From Candidatus Zixiibacteriota bacterium (lineage in GTDB: Bacteria; Zixibacteria; MSB-5A5; UBA10806; 4484-95), in NCBI GenBank assembly GCA_037441845.1, contig JBBIRK010000001.1, positions 369,284 to 433,283 on the forward strand: a stretch of 64,000 bases of DNA, given 5' to 3'. A model generated the notes under the pieces. It did no database searches and was not told the DNA's origin. It saw nothing but the letters and a program-made list of their open reading frames with translations. Of this stretch, positions 19,749-29,926 are shown piece after piece (the first letter of the stretch is position 1; each line of letters opens with the position of its first letter). The translations under genes were made by a program, and so were the position numbers.

Positions 19749-22700
19749 TTTTTATCTTTCATGGTTGAAAAAGGCGCCGCGAGTTTTTCCAGGTTCCTGA
19801 CCAAAACGGTCGAGCCCGGGCGGGCGTCGATATCGATTTCACCGGTTCTCACGTTGTATATGCCATCATCTATGGCGCCCGCGATTTCAATAATTCTCCA
19901 CGGAGTAGTCAATTTTATCGAAATAGCGGCCGAATCGTTTGCTTGTCCATTTTTCGGTATCAGGCGGATAAGGTAATCATCGCCGAAAGGTCCGAACTCG
20001 ATTTTAGTGTTTTCCCTTGCCCTGATATAGTCCATTATATCGCCCAGCGATTCTATCTCATATCCCGAATTGCGGAAAAGTCGGAAATATCTTTCGAGCT
20101 CTTTCGGTGTAATCGTGTAAGTATCCTTTACACCATGATATTTGAACAATGCCCATTCTCGCGCCGAATCGGGGTAGATATGATGAAACAACAAAATCGT
20201 CCATTGGTTATCATTTCGCTCGATAACCTCTTTGAAAGCGGCAGGGGTCGGTCTTAGGCTGTCTATAATACAATAACTATAAAGGCGGAAAGGATTTGGA
20301 GGCAGCGGCGGATTGGGCTTATCGCCCCCTCGGCGTCCGTTTAGAAACCCCGCCTCCTCCAAGGCCTTTTCGATTGAGCCATCTACGGCCGAATATGGAA
20401 AAGATATAGAAACGCACGGCTTGCCGATTTTCTGCTCGATCGTCTGTTTGCTTGTCTTTACTATGGCACTTGCCTGGTCTTCGGTCAATCGGCTGTCGAA
20501 TGGCCTATGCTCGGTCCCATGGCTGCCGATTTCGAAACCGGCGGCGGCGATTTGGCGCACTTGCGGCCAGGAAAGCCTTTGCGTCTGCAACCCCCCTTCT
20601 TCTCCGATTTTAATGGATATGTCCTCGGTCCAATCCGTTACGATAAAAAAGGTGGCGCCCAATCGATACTTTTTCAGCAACGGCAAAGCAAAATCAAATT
20701 GGCCCGAACTGCCGTCGTCGAAGGTGATAGTCCCCGCGGCTTTTCGTCCGTTCGGCCATATATTAATCTTCGCGCCGGGCGAGGCCTGTGGTGGTGTGGT
20801 CCGCCGGTATTTGTTCGCCCATTCTTCTGCGGCGGCAAACGCTTTGGCAACTATAGGATACCCTTCTTTCAAACGGTATCTGTATGTCGGGATATCCCAG
20901 GTTTCCCAGGAGTAGGCCAAGCCGCCCCCCAGCGGGTCGTCGGGCAGCATATCACGAGCGGTCGCCGAAGATTCGGAGGGGTCATAGGTAAAGAAATAGA
21001 AACAAAAAGCGTCGGTTTGCTCAACGGCTGCTCCCACCAGGTCAGGTCTGCCTTTAAGCACGGACTTAGACGAGGGGTCGGAAACATTCAATACCGCCCA
21101 GGGTATTCTAATCTCAAGCGATCGTCCATCCGGGGATGGACAAACATCATAAAGCCTTTCGGCAGACGAGTGGCCTGTGCCTGCCGGTGCCCAGCGAAGT
21201 GTGCCGCGTTCGTTGTCGATTTGCGGGAAGCGCTTTCCGGTCAAGCCGCCTCTCGGACGATTCGCCTGCAAACGCACTTTTCTGAAAATCCCATCGCGAT
21301 TATCCGCACGAACGATCGCCATAATGGAATCGCGCGAATAACCGTTATAAATGTCATAATAATTATCCACCAATATCCGAGAATCGTCGGGGCCGCCGAG
21401 TTGCACCAAAAATTCCGCACCTCGATCGATAAATTGGTGAATCGGCGCTATAAGATGATCTCCCAGCGCCGAGTCGTGGGTATCGACAGCGATCAATATC
21501 CTGAACGAATTCCAAAACTGCTGGTCGTTTGGTTTAATGGGCTCGACCAACGTTATGAGAAGATATAAACAAGAACCGTCGGAGGTTATTTTGACATCTC
21601 GCAAATCGAAATACTTTTCGGCGCCGCCCGCCTGGTCTCCGATTTTATCGGCGGCCGTGGCTATTCCTTGCCAGTCTTGATCGCCGCCGTCTATTACGAT
21701 TCTTTTATCTTCGAGCGCAGCCATACCGAAATGTTGCTCCGGATTTTCCAGATTATGCCAGAGAATGCTCCTATCGGCCGGTATCTCATAATCCATCACC
21801 AGCCAATTTCGCTTGAACCACTCGTCGATCCAGGAAAATAGTATGGCTCCGGCGCAGCCCGCCCGGGCTATATCCTCGGTGATGTGAGCGTTGATTTCCC
21901 CCTGATCGATTTCGCTGTGCTGCCCGTGATTCATCCCCTCGGGGGTGTAATGACTGGCGCCTCGGCTCGATGGCACGCCGTATTCGGCGATCAGTAAAGG
22001 GATACCCGCATGATTCCGTTTCAAGTCTTGGATATATCCGGCGTAAGAGCATCTGCCGCGCGCGCATGATGATTGAGCATACTTTTCATCGTTGAATACG
22101 AAATCTGGATAATATGGATAGGCGTGATAAGAAGCGAAGTAGCCCGCTCTCATTAAAGGCGTGATATGGATTTTCATCGGATCGATTGAGACTAAGTCGT
22201 TGTCGTATTCCAGAAGGTCGTTTCCTTCGAGCCATTCGGAATCATGATACATCGGATCCAAGGGCAGCCAGTTCACGAACGACAGGGGGTGTTGAAATCC
22301 ATAGACTGCGGTTTCGTATAAGGCTATATAGTCCATTATCATGGCCATATAACATTCGCTCGGGCTGCCTTTGGGCACGCTGAAAAAGTTGCCGTGATAT
22401 GAGGTCAAGTCGGCATTTATGCTGTCCATCGTGACTACGCTGTGGGGTTCCCATTCGCGGCCGAAAATTACGGCCAGAACATGCGCGGAAATATCGATCG
22501 CATAACTGCCGGAGGCATGTCCGCGGCGTTGCGGTATCACGGCCCTCCCGAAAATAACGTCGACGGCATCACGGATTTCGCGTTTGATTTCGTCGTCGTA
22601 CTTGCTTTCGAGAAAATTGCCGCTTTCCGGCAATTCAGCCCAGATACCTTGAATCAGCCAAAGATGACGCTCGGGATGATCAAAATTATATTTCGAGAAA

Positions 22701-23170
22701 GCCTCATAAAATTCGGGAGGTAGTATGGTATAGATTCTGATTGCATTGGCGTTCATTTTGCCTATATCGACAAGCCATTCGTAATATTGTTCTTTGGTGG
22801 CCTTGAATTCGGTGGGCCAGCAACCGGGTAGGGCAACGCCGAGATTCACCCCCTTGATGAATATCGGTTGGAATTCCTTTTCCGAGCCCTGCGGATCCCG
22901 AATTTTCCGTCGGCCTAGCACCCACAACTGCTCTTCATACGCCGCCGCCACCAACCTTGCCCGGTTCGCAGCCGCGTTCCAATCGTCGGAATTCAGCTTC
23001 AAATTCAGCTCACGAGTATCGATTTCCGGAGACACCGCCCCATTGGCCGCGCCGGTCAATTGAATGCGCCTCTCGAAATAGCGGTCTTCCACTTCTATCA
23101 TGGCGTAAATTACGATAGCCAACGCCGTCCCCAACACTAATAAGACCAGATATTTGCCGCCGATTTTCAC
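19745..23170 (-). CDS. Membrane-anchored glycoside-hydrolase-like (GH-A TIM barrel) + beta-sandwich + CE4 polysaccharide deacetylase
   Basis: KGVNLG, NAIRIYT, GREWEP, IAEYG, DEWFK; C-terminal TFDDG, EIGSHGTEH, FPY, LFH. Confidence 0.8.
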   Translation of the reverse strand: MKIGGKYLVLLVLGTALAIVIYAMIEVEDRYFERRIQLTGAANGAVSPEIDTRELNLKLNSDDWNAAANRARLVAAAYEEQLWVLGRRKIRDPQGSEKEFQPIFIKGVNLGVALPGCWPTEFKATKEQYYEWLVDIGKMNANAIRIYTILPPEFYEAFSKYNFDHPERHLWLIQGIWAELPESGNFLESKYDDEIKREIRDAVDVIFGRAVIPQRRGHASGSYAIDISAHVLAVIFGREWEPHSVVTMDSINADLTSYHGNFFSVPKGSPSECYMAMIMDYIALYETAVYGFQHPLSFVNWLPLDPMYHDSEWLEGNDLLEYDNDLVSIDPMKIHITPLMRAGYFASYHAYPYYPDFVFNDEKYAQSSCARGRCSYAGYIQDLKRNHAGIPLLIAEYGVPSSRGASHYTPEGMNHGQHSEIDQGEINAHITEDIARAGCAGAILFSWIDEWFKRNWLVMDYEIPADRSILWHNLENPEQHFGMAALEDKRIVIDGGDQDWQGIATAADKIGDQAGGAEKYFDLRDVKITSDGSCLYLLITLVEPIKPNDQQFWNSFRILIAVDTHDSALGDHLIAPIHQFIDRGAEFLVQLGGPDDSRILVDNYYDIYNGYSRDSIMAIVRADNRDGIFRKVRLQANRPRGGLTGKRFPQIDNERGTLRWAPAGTGHSSAERLYDVCPSPDGRSLEIRIPWAVLNVSDPSSKSVLKGRPDLVGAAVEQTDAFCFYFFTYDPSESSATARDMLPDDPLGGGLAYSWETWDIPTYRYRLKEGYPIVAKAFAAAEEWANKYRRTTPPQASPGAKINIWPNGRKAAGTITFDDGSSGQFDFALPLLKKYRLGATFFIVTDWTEDISIKIGEEGGLQTQRLSWPQVRQIAAAGFEIGSHGTEHRPFDSRLTEDQASAIVKTSKQTIEQKIGKPCVSISFPYSAVDGSIEKALEEAGFLNGRRGGDKPNPPLPPNPFRLYSYCIIDSLRPTPAAFKEVIERNDNQWTILLFHHIYPDSAREWALFKYHGVKDTYTITPKELERYFRLFRNSGYEIESLGDIMDYIRARENTKIEFGPFGDDYLIRLIPKNGQANDSAAISIKLTTPWRIIEIAGAIDDGIYNVRTGEIDIDARPGSTVLVRNLEKLAAPFSTMKDKK

Positions 23171-24717
23171 AGATTTATTCTCAACTTTCCGCTTATGGTG
23201 CCCACCCGGTAATCGAAATTATTGCGATATCCCGAAAGGGATACGGTCAGCCACGACCTTCTCCCCAGATTCAACATCAGATTCGCGCTGCCCGAATAGG
23301 CTTTCACCTCATCGCTGTTGATAGTATAATAGCCGTCACCGTTGATACCGATTTTTCCGGCCGATTGCCAGGCGAAATCAAATCCCAATTCATGCTGGTT
23401 CAGATCGATCGGGCTGTAATAATAAGTCGACTTGAATTTATAATCCCACTGCCGGAAACGGTACCCTATATCGAAAGACGGATTGACCAAAATCCTGCTT
23501 TTAAGATTAGCGGAGGCGATCGCTCTGCGATTTTCATCGGACAGCCACCAGACCCCGCCGCTTGCCGCAAAAGACAGTCGCAGCCATTCATACGTCCGAA
23601 ATTCTCCGGACACGCTGGTGGCGTCGATATCCGACCACGGCTCGTACAATCCACGGCCGAGAATCAAGGCGAACGATCTCAGCGGCGTAAAAGACTCGAG
23701 ATCAAGCGCCAAGGAGGTGCGATCGAAATCGGAACGCAACAGCTCGACACCGGCGGAGGCCGATAGAGTCGTTCTTCTGGATACTTTCAAGCGCGATTTC
23801 AGCGATACCGTTCGTCTCTGAACATAAGCGTCCCGTCGGAACGTCCATAGCCCGGACAACCCGGCCTCGGCCGACACCCTATCGGAAAGACGTCGACTTA
23901 TCACTTCATCGACACGATTGTACTCGGTGACCCGCCCCCCATCGTATTCAGAAACGAAAGCCATCGAATTGTCGAGGCGGAAATCCGTCTGCAATGCTAT
24001 TTCATCGGCAAGTAAACGCAGGGGTTTGTTTTCGGGCATCGTTTTTGACACGACGGCGAGAGTCTTGGCCGCCCGATAAGGCTGATCGCTCCATAGCCTG
24101 ACTTTCGCCAGTCCCTCGAGCGCATCACCGTTGCTGGAATCGATAGCCAACACCTTTTCGAATGCGGAGATGGCCTGCGGATACCTCTCGCTCCAGGTGT
24201 AAACCCAGCCCAATCCGACCAGGGCTCCGATAAGATCGACTCTTATAGAAAGAGCGCGGTTATAATAATTTTCGGCGTCCGCAAAACGTCCCTGCCAGGC
24301 GCTTATTCTCCCTTTGCCTATCAACGCTTCGGCGTCGAGAGAATCCACGGCCAAAAGATAGTCGTACATGGCATTGGCTTTTTCGAAAAGATTCCGCCAC
24401 GAATACAACAAACCCAGGGCAAGATGAGCGTCGTAATCGTCTGGATTCAGGAAAAGAACTTTCTCGTACGCCGAGCAGGCGGCAGTCAAGCTGTCGGCCA
24501 GCCGATATGCGTATCCGAGCAATCTCCAGATTTCGCCGTTGCCGGGGTCGGCGGCTGCCGCCTCATTCAATATCGAGATGGCCGCGACGTAATTTCCATT
24601 CCCGATTTGAAAGTCAGCTTCTTCAAGCGGGCCTGCATTTGCATTTCCCAAGCCCAGGGAAAAGGCGAATATGAAATAAAGCGCGCTGATCGATTTGTTC
24701 ATGACTCCGGCCGTCAT
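23167..24717 (-). CDS. TPR repeat protein with probable C-terminal outer-membrane beta-barrel
   Basis: Signal peptide; about six TPR repeats; alternating beta-strand pattern in the C-terminal half. Confidence 0.75.
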   Translation of the reverse strand: MTAGVMNKSISALYFIFAFSLGLGNANAGPLEEADFQIGNGNYVAAISILNEAAAADPGNGEIWRLLGYAYRLADSLTAACSAYEKVLFLNPDDYDAHLALGLLYSWRNLFEKANAMYDYLLAVDSLDAEALIGKGRISAWQGRFADAENYYNRALSIRVDLIGALVGLGWVYTWSERYPQAISAFEKVLAIDSSNGDALEGLAKVRLWSDQPYRAAKTLAVVSKTMPENKPLRLLADEIALQTDFRLDNSMAFVSEYDGGRVTEYNRVDEVISRRLSDRVSAEAGLSGLWTFRRDAYVQRRTVSLKSRLKVSRRTTLSASAGVELLRSDFDRTSLALDLESFTPLRSFALILGRGLYEPWSDIDATSVSGEFRTYEWLRLSFAASGGVWWLSDENRRAIASANLKSRILVNPSFDIGYRFRQWDYKFKSTYYYSPIDLNQHELGFDFAWQSAGKIGINGDGYYTINSDEVKAYSGSANLMLNLGRRSWLTVSLSGYRNNFDYRVGTISGKLRINL

Positions 24718-25367
24718 TGGACCACCATCACCACCATTTCGGAATACCCTATATTATCTTCGTTATCCCTCGCCCTGGCCAACAGCGTATGATTGCCAGT
24801 GCCAAGCTGTCCCGTATCCACGGTAAAATAGAACGGCTCGGTGCTCAAACTTTCCGCAACGGCCCCGTCGATCAACAACGCCACGGCCGCTACGCTGTCG
24901 TTATCGATAGCCTCCGACCTGACTTGAATCACACCGCTTACCTGCGTCCAGGGCGGCGGATAGGTAATCCAGATCGACGGCGGAGGATCGACCGCCTCCT
25001 GCCTTATCGAGACGGTGACCATAGTCGATAGTTTGAATGACCCATTCTTGTCCACGGCTTTGGCGAAAACCGTATGATTGTCGGTCATCCCAGCCGTATT
25101 CCATACAGCCGAATAGGGTGGATCCGGATCGGAAAACAGGGAATCTCCATCGACGAAAAAAGTCACGTGCGAAACGGCATCCGGCGGTCCGGCCTCCGCC
25201 TTTATCGAGACGTCGCCGGACACCACCGCCCAGGGAGCAGGATTGGTCAGCTCCACGAAAATTAAATCCGACGGTTCATCCGATGAAATGCTGTCTTTGA
25301 AACATCCACCAACGACAAACATTATCACCGCGGCGATCAACGCAATTGAAAATCTTCTAAATTTCAT
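24714..25367 (-). CDS. Lipoprotein with two bacterial Ig-like (Big_7-type) domains
   Basis: Lipobox VGGC; tandem repeats V.F.VDG...PY...W/.T...G.HT..A.A.D. Confidence 0.8.
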   Translation of the reverse strand: MKFRRFSIALIAAVIMFVVGGCFKDSISSDEPSDLIFVELTNPAPWAVVSGDVSIKAEAGPPDAVSHVTFFVDGDSLFSDPDPPYSAVWNTAGMTDNHTVFAKAVDKNGSFKLSTMVTVSIRQEAVDPPPSIWITYPPPWTQVSGVIQVRSEAIDNDSVAAVALLIDGAVAESLSTEPFYFTVDTGQLGTGNHTLLARARDNEDNIGYSEMVVMVVQ

Positions 25368-25376
25368 ATTGACCCT

Positions 25377-26849
25377 TTACTTGGATTGCCTGACTTTCAA
25401 ACCGATTCTGCTCGATTTCCCCCAGTTCTTGATTCCTTTCAGAAAATCTCTGATTCCCGCCAGCTGCCAGAAATTCTTTATAAATCCGAACGCCAACTCG
25501 GAATATAAGGCGGTCACCAGCAGTTTCAACCATTCCCCACCGCTGCGGTACCTCAGCGCCCTAAGGTGTGTCGGCGAGTATTTCCTCGACCAGGACTCGA
25601 CCGTCACGGTGGCGATACCAAGGCCCAGCATTCCGATCAGCACGACAAACAACGTCAGCAATAGAAAGAACAGATCGTGAATACGACCGGTTGCAATCAG
25701 ATATAAAATGAAAAAATAGGTGAAGGTCTTTACGATCGGTCCGATAGCTTCAAAAGCCAAGTAATAAGGCATCGCCACCAATCCAAGACGGCCGTATTTC
25801 GGCTCGAATATGATATTCCTGTGATACCAGATAGTTTCCAGCAGTCCCCTGTGCCAACGGTTCCGCTGTTTGGCCAGCGCCCCGAAAGTCTCCGGCACTT
25901 CCGTCCAGCAGATCGGCCAAGGTATGAAAACGGCCTTATCGGGAAGCTTTTTTTCTCTAAGATAACGCCGAATTCTAACCACGATTTCCATATCTTCGCA
26001 AACCGTCCCTCTGGCGGTTTTCAGAGTCTCGATGATATATGGGCTGTTGCAGAATCTGGAATAGAAGCCTCCCACGGCCATCACCACTTTTTTCCGAAAA
26101 AGAGTGAAAGCTCCGGAAAGTATCAGGAGCAGGTTCAGTTGCGACAGCCCGATCCGGTTGACCCAAAACGACCGCAGGTATTCGATAGTCTGAAATCTGA
26201 CCCACATCGATCTGGGGAGACCCCCGACATCAATTTTATCATCTTGGAAAACCGAACCGTTGGCAACGGCCAGCGCCCCGCCTGCAAGAGCAACCGACTC
26301 CCCATTTTCGCCCAGAAATGGTGAAATTATCAATCGCAAAGATTCAGCGTCGAGGATCGAATCGGCATCGATGGAGCAACAAAAATCATATCGCGACGCA
26401 TTCAAACCGATATTCAGTGCATCAGCCTTGCCGCCGTTTTCCTTGTCGATCACCGTCAAATGCGGCAAGTTTTTCGATACATAGATACGGCGCGGTTTAA
26501 GAGTCCCGAGATTATCGTAATAGGTGAATGATTCGCTGGGCTCAAGTTCGAAAGCAGCGACAAGTTCGGCCAACGTTTCATCGGTCGAGCCGTCGTTAAT
26601 AACCAGCACCTCGAACTGATCATAATTTAGTTTCAGCAGACTTTTAACGCAGGGCACTATCGTGGCGGCTTCGTTGAAAGCGGGAACAAGGATACTGATT
26701 CCGGGAAGCGATGATTTCCGATGCTCAAATCGATGTGGTTTGCGCTTTTTCCAATTTGCCAGGAAAACCAAAAGCAGAAAAGTCTCAATTATAAATAAGG
26801 TTCCATAATATAGAATCAGGAAATTCTCGGCGATCCTTACTGCCAACAC
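25377..26849 (-). CDS. Processive GT2 glycosyltransferase (PgaC/IcaA-like synthase)
   Basis: PAFNE, NDGSTD, GGKADALN, DADS, EDME, QRNRW; flanking TM helices. Confidence 0.9.
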   Translation of the reverse strand: MLAVRIAENFLILYYGTLFIIETFLLLVFLANWKKRKPHRFEHRKSSLPGISILVPAFNEAATIVPCVKSLLKLNYDQFEVLVINDGSTDETLAELVAAFELEPSESFTYYDNLGTLKPRRIYVSKNLPHLTVIDKENGGKADALNIGLNASRYDFCCSIDADSILDAESLRLIISPFLGENGESVALAGGALAVANGSVFQDDKIDVGGLPRSMWVRFQTIEYLRSFWVNRIGLSQLNLLLILSGAFTLFRKKVVMAVGGFYSRFCNSPYIIETLKTARGTVCEDMEIVVRIRRYLREKKLPDKAVFIPWPICWTEVPETFGALAKQRNRWHRGLLETIWYHRNIIFEPKYGRLGLVAMPYYLAFEAIGPIVKTFTYFFILYLIATGRIHDLFFLLLTLFVVLIGMLGLGIATVTVESWSRKYSPTHLRALRYRSGGEWLKLLVTALYSELAFGFIKNFWQLAGIRDFLKGIKNWGKSSRIGLKVRQSK

Positions 26850-26855
26850 GCCCCC

Positions 26856-26884
26856 AATATAAGCCGCGGAAAACAGGTTATCAA
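26856..26884 (-). promoter_or_regulatory. Sigma70 promoter, leaderless GT2 operon transcript
   Basis: TTGATA-17-TATATT, 6 nt before GTG 26849. Confidence 0.6.
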
Positions 26885-27115
26885 GAATATGCCCGCGTTA
26901 AAAATGAATTTCCAAACACGCTGAATATAAGATTAAAATGGAGTAACATAAACATTGATAAGCAGCCTTAAGACGCCATGAGCCCTTAATATGGGGCGAT
27001 ATGGGACTGATCATGATTATAATCGGCCGTCAGGTCTTGGTCTTAATTTAAGGGGCCACTATGAATACGATCGCTTCATTGCCGGAGGAAAATCATCTCG
27101 GTCAGTCTGCGCAGG

Positions 27116-29368
27116 CTACTTCTGGTCGTTTTTCTGCTTCTTTTTTCTGAACGCCTCAACCGCTTTTATGAATTCCGGCTTGAATTTTACGTCTTCGGCT
27201 ACCGGCAGCGCCTCGAATTCGGGAGTTCTCAGGGGACAGGGGTCTTCATCAGATCCTTGATGTGTCTTTTCGTATAGCGCCTCTATGGCCAGAGTGGCAT
27301 TGCGAAACAGGTTGTGTTCGCCGATTTTGTAATACAGATACGTTCTTCTCATCGCATCCAGAACGCTGTCGTTCAAGCCGCTGATCGAGATATCGTGCCC
27401 CGCCTCGCGCAGTCGGTCAACTATACGCGACAATGTCTCCTCCCCCGAGGCGTCGAGTTCGTTTATGCCGTTGCCTACGATAAGTACATGCCTCAACTCC
27501 GGCATGGTGGCCACTACCTCGAGCACTTGCTTTTCCAGGAAATCGACGTTGGCGAAAAACAACGACCCTTGATATCTGATTACCGCTATATGGCGGCATT
27601 GTTTGAGATTGAATCTTTCGCGGTTTCTAAACGTTCCGTCGGGATGTTTCGAGAGCATGGCGATCTGTGGTTTCATATTTCTGAACAAGAAAAGAATAAG
27701 CGACAAGCCTACACCGATCATTATTCCCTTATCCAAATGGGGTGCGAAAGCAAGGGTGCATATGAAAGTGAGAACGCCGATTATGCCGTCGTAAACCTGC
27801 GTTTTCCAAGCATGTATGAACCCGGTGACATTGACCAAGCCGACCACCGCCATCATGATTATCGCCGCCAGGACCGCCTGAGGAAGATGGTAAAGCAGCG
27901 GGGTCAGCAGAATCAAAGTCAACATGACCAGCAGACTAGAAATGACGCTCGACATACCGGTGACCGCTCCCGCCTGTATATTGACCGCAGAACGCGAGAA
28001 CGACCCAGAAACCGGATAACCCTGGGTGAACGATGCCGCGATATTCGCCAACCCTTGCCCGATAAGCTCCTGGCTCGGATCGATCAGCTTTCCCGTTTTG
28101 GCGGCCACGGCTTTGGCAATGGAGATGGCCTCCATGAATCCAAGCAATGAGATTACCGCCGCCATGGACAAAAGATTGAGCATGATTCTGATATCGAATT
28201 TCGGAACGCTAAACGGTGGCAGCCCCTGCGGAATTCTGCCCACTACCGCACCGCCGCCGATGAATGTGAGCAAGGTATCTTGAAAACCTCCGCCGCCGAT
28301 TTTAAGCGAATATTCCGGTCCCTTACCCCGATTACCCGGCGGAATGGATTCCATATTGACCAATTTGACACCGTTATCGACGGCGACGGATTTATAACGG
28401 ATCCTGCTGAGCTCACCGCGATAGATCGACAACTTGCCTTCGAGTTCGCGGATCTCGGCCGTAAGCAGTGAGATTTCGTGTTCGATTTTCATTCTGGCGA
28501 ATTCTTTTCTGTATCGGTAATAGCTATCGATTTCGATTCTGCTGTCGTAATACTTCAAAGTATCATAAAGGGTGCGTCCGAGTTTCACTCTTTCCTCGGT
28601 TCTGTCTCGAATTTCAGCGAGAGTCGAATTGAACTCGCTCATCAGAAGCTCCGTTTTCGGGCAATCCACGTTTCGCGCCGGGACCCGGATATTGTTTTCG
28701 AACCTGCCGAGCGCGGAAACGATAGTGGTGATAATCACCGCCACCAACACGTAAGGCAGGCGCGGCTTGTATTTTTTCAGCGACAACATGATGGCGAATG
28801 CGGCTATCGCCATGAACAGCGTAGGCAGATGAGTACCATGAAGCGCCGCCTTGATCGTTTCATACACGACATGATGGAAATGGCCCGAACTTTCGACATT
28901 CACTCCAAAAATTTTCGACAATTGCGATAGAGCGATAATCAAGGCCGCCGCGTTCGTGAAACCGTTCACAACCGGATGCGAAATTAAATTTACTATCAGC
29001 CCGAATCGAAAAAGACCAAGACAGAATTGAAACAGCCCGACCATGAAAGCCAGCAGTATCGCATACGCTATATAATCGCTGCTTCCTGGGGAGGCCAAAG
29101 GCGCCAGAGCCGTGGCCACCATGAGAGAAACAACCGCCACCGGTCCCGTCGAAAGCTGCCGGCTCGAACCGAATAGAGCCGCGATCATTGGCGGCAAAAA
29201 GGAGGCATATAAACCAAAATAGATCGGCAGGCCGGCAAGCTGCGCGTACGCCATCGATTGGGGCACCAGCACAAGGGCTACCGTAATTCCGGCAACGAGG
29301 TCGGCCCGAAAATATTCTTTATTGTAACTTTTCAGCCAGCCGAGAAACGGAAATATCTTTTGAATCAT
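27116..29368 (-). CDS. sulP: SulP/SLC26 anion transporter with STAS domain and a large soluble insertion
   Basis: DLVAGITVA..LVPQSMAYA, GSSRQL.TGP, GSFSRS, LFFAN, LDASG. Confidence 0.92.
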   Translation of the reverse strand: MIQKIFPFLGWLKSYNKEYFRADLVAGITVALVLVPQSMAYAQLAGLPIYFGLYASFLPPMIAALFGSSRQLSTGPVAVVSLMVATALAPLASPGSSDYIAYAILLAFMVGLFQFCLGLFRFGLIVNLISHPVVNGFTNAAALIIALSQLSKIFGVNVESSGHFHHVVYETIKAALHGTHLPTLFMAIAAFAIMLSLKKYKPRLPYVLVAVIITTIVSALGRFENNIRVPARNVDCPKTELLMSEFNSTLAEIRDRTEERVKLGRTLYDTLKYYDSRIEIDSYYRYRKEFARMKIEHEISLLTAEIRELEGKLSIYRGELSRIRYKSVAVDNGVKLVNMESIPPGNRGKGPEYSLKIGGGGFQDTLLTFIGGGAVVGRIPQGLPPFSVPKFDIRIMLNLLSMAAVISLLGFMEAISIAKAVAAKTGKLIDPSQELIGQGLANIAASFTQGYPVSGSFSRSAVNIQAGAVTGMSSVISSLLVMLTLILLTPLLYHLPQAVLAAIIMMAVVGLVNVTGFIHAWKTQVYDGIIGVLTFICTLAFAPHLDKGIMIGVGLSLILFLFRNMKPQIAMLSKHPDGTFRNRERFNLKQCRHIAVIRYQGSLFFANVDFLEKQVLEVVATMPELRHVLIVGNGINELDASGEETLSRIVDRLREAGHDISISGLNDSVLDAMRRTYLYYKIGEHNLFRNATLAIEALYEKTHQGSDEDPCPLRTPEFEALPVAEDVKFKPEFIKAVEAFRKKKQKNDQK

Positions 29369-29425
29369 TCCCTCACCTATTCGATGCGCAAATTACGTTC
29401 ACCCAACCCGATCAGCGATAAATAC

Positions 29426-29857
29426 TCACCAACCCTTTTTATCGAGAATATCCCTCAACTTATCTTCCATCTTCTTTTCGACGAGGAGCATCCGCCGCGA
29501 CTTAGCGTCTTTGATTTTTTCCAGAAGGCTGTTCAGGTCAGCGGGCTTTTCGAGAAAATCCATAGCTCCCAATTTGATCGCCTCCACTCCTTTGTCGATA
29601 CTTCCCTGGCCGGTGAGAAGAATCACCTGAAGCTCGGGGTTTTTTTGCTTGATCAATTTAAGGGTGGTGAGACCATCTATGCCCGGCATCGCCAAGTCGA
29701 GCACGATCGCGTCATAGGGGGTTTCGTTTATCTTGTCCAGTGCAGCCGTACCGCTGTCGACCTTGTCGACGTTCAGTCCCCTCGATTCCATGCGCTCGGC
29801 CATGACGGTCGTGAAATCTTCGTCATCGTCAACCAGCAACACTTTGGCCTCGGCCAA
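29426..29857 (-). CDS. Stand-alone response regulator (REC)
   Basis: LLVDDD, LDLAMPG.DG, LTG, KP; SD AGGAGG. Confidence 0.9.
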   Translation of the reverse strand: MAEAKVLLVDDDEDFTTVMAERMESRGLNVDKVDSGTAALDKINETPYDAIVLDLAMPGIDGLTTLKLIKQKNPELQVILLTGQGSIDKGVEAIKLGAMDFLEKPADLNSLLEKIKDAKSRRMLLVEKKMEDKLRDILDKKGW

Positions 29858-29926
29858 TATTCACCTCCTTAATCTAAATGTTTCCCTGCCGCGATCCCAC
29901 CGCCCTCCGCCGCGGCGGGCCACGAC

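Noticed and set aside
20507..21568. 353-aa + strand ORF (similarly 8307-9269 and 27314-28150)
   Set aside because: Lies opposite well-supported genes and has no motifs.
26960..27060. Riboswitch or sigma28 promoter upstream of the GT2 operon
   Set aside because: Only short inverted repeats and a weak TTAAG-N14-GCCGAT match; no c-di-GMP aptamer consensus.
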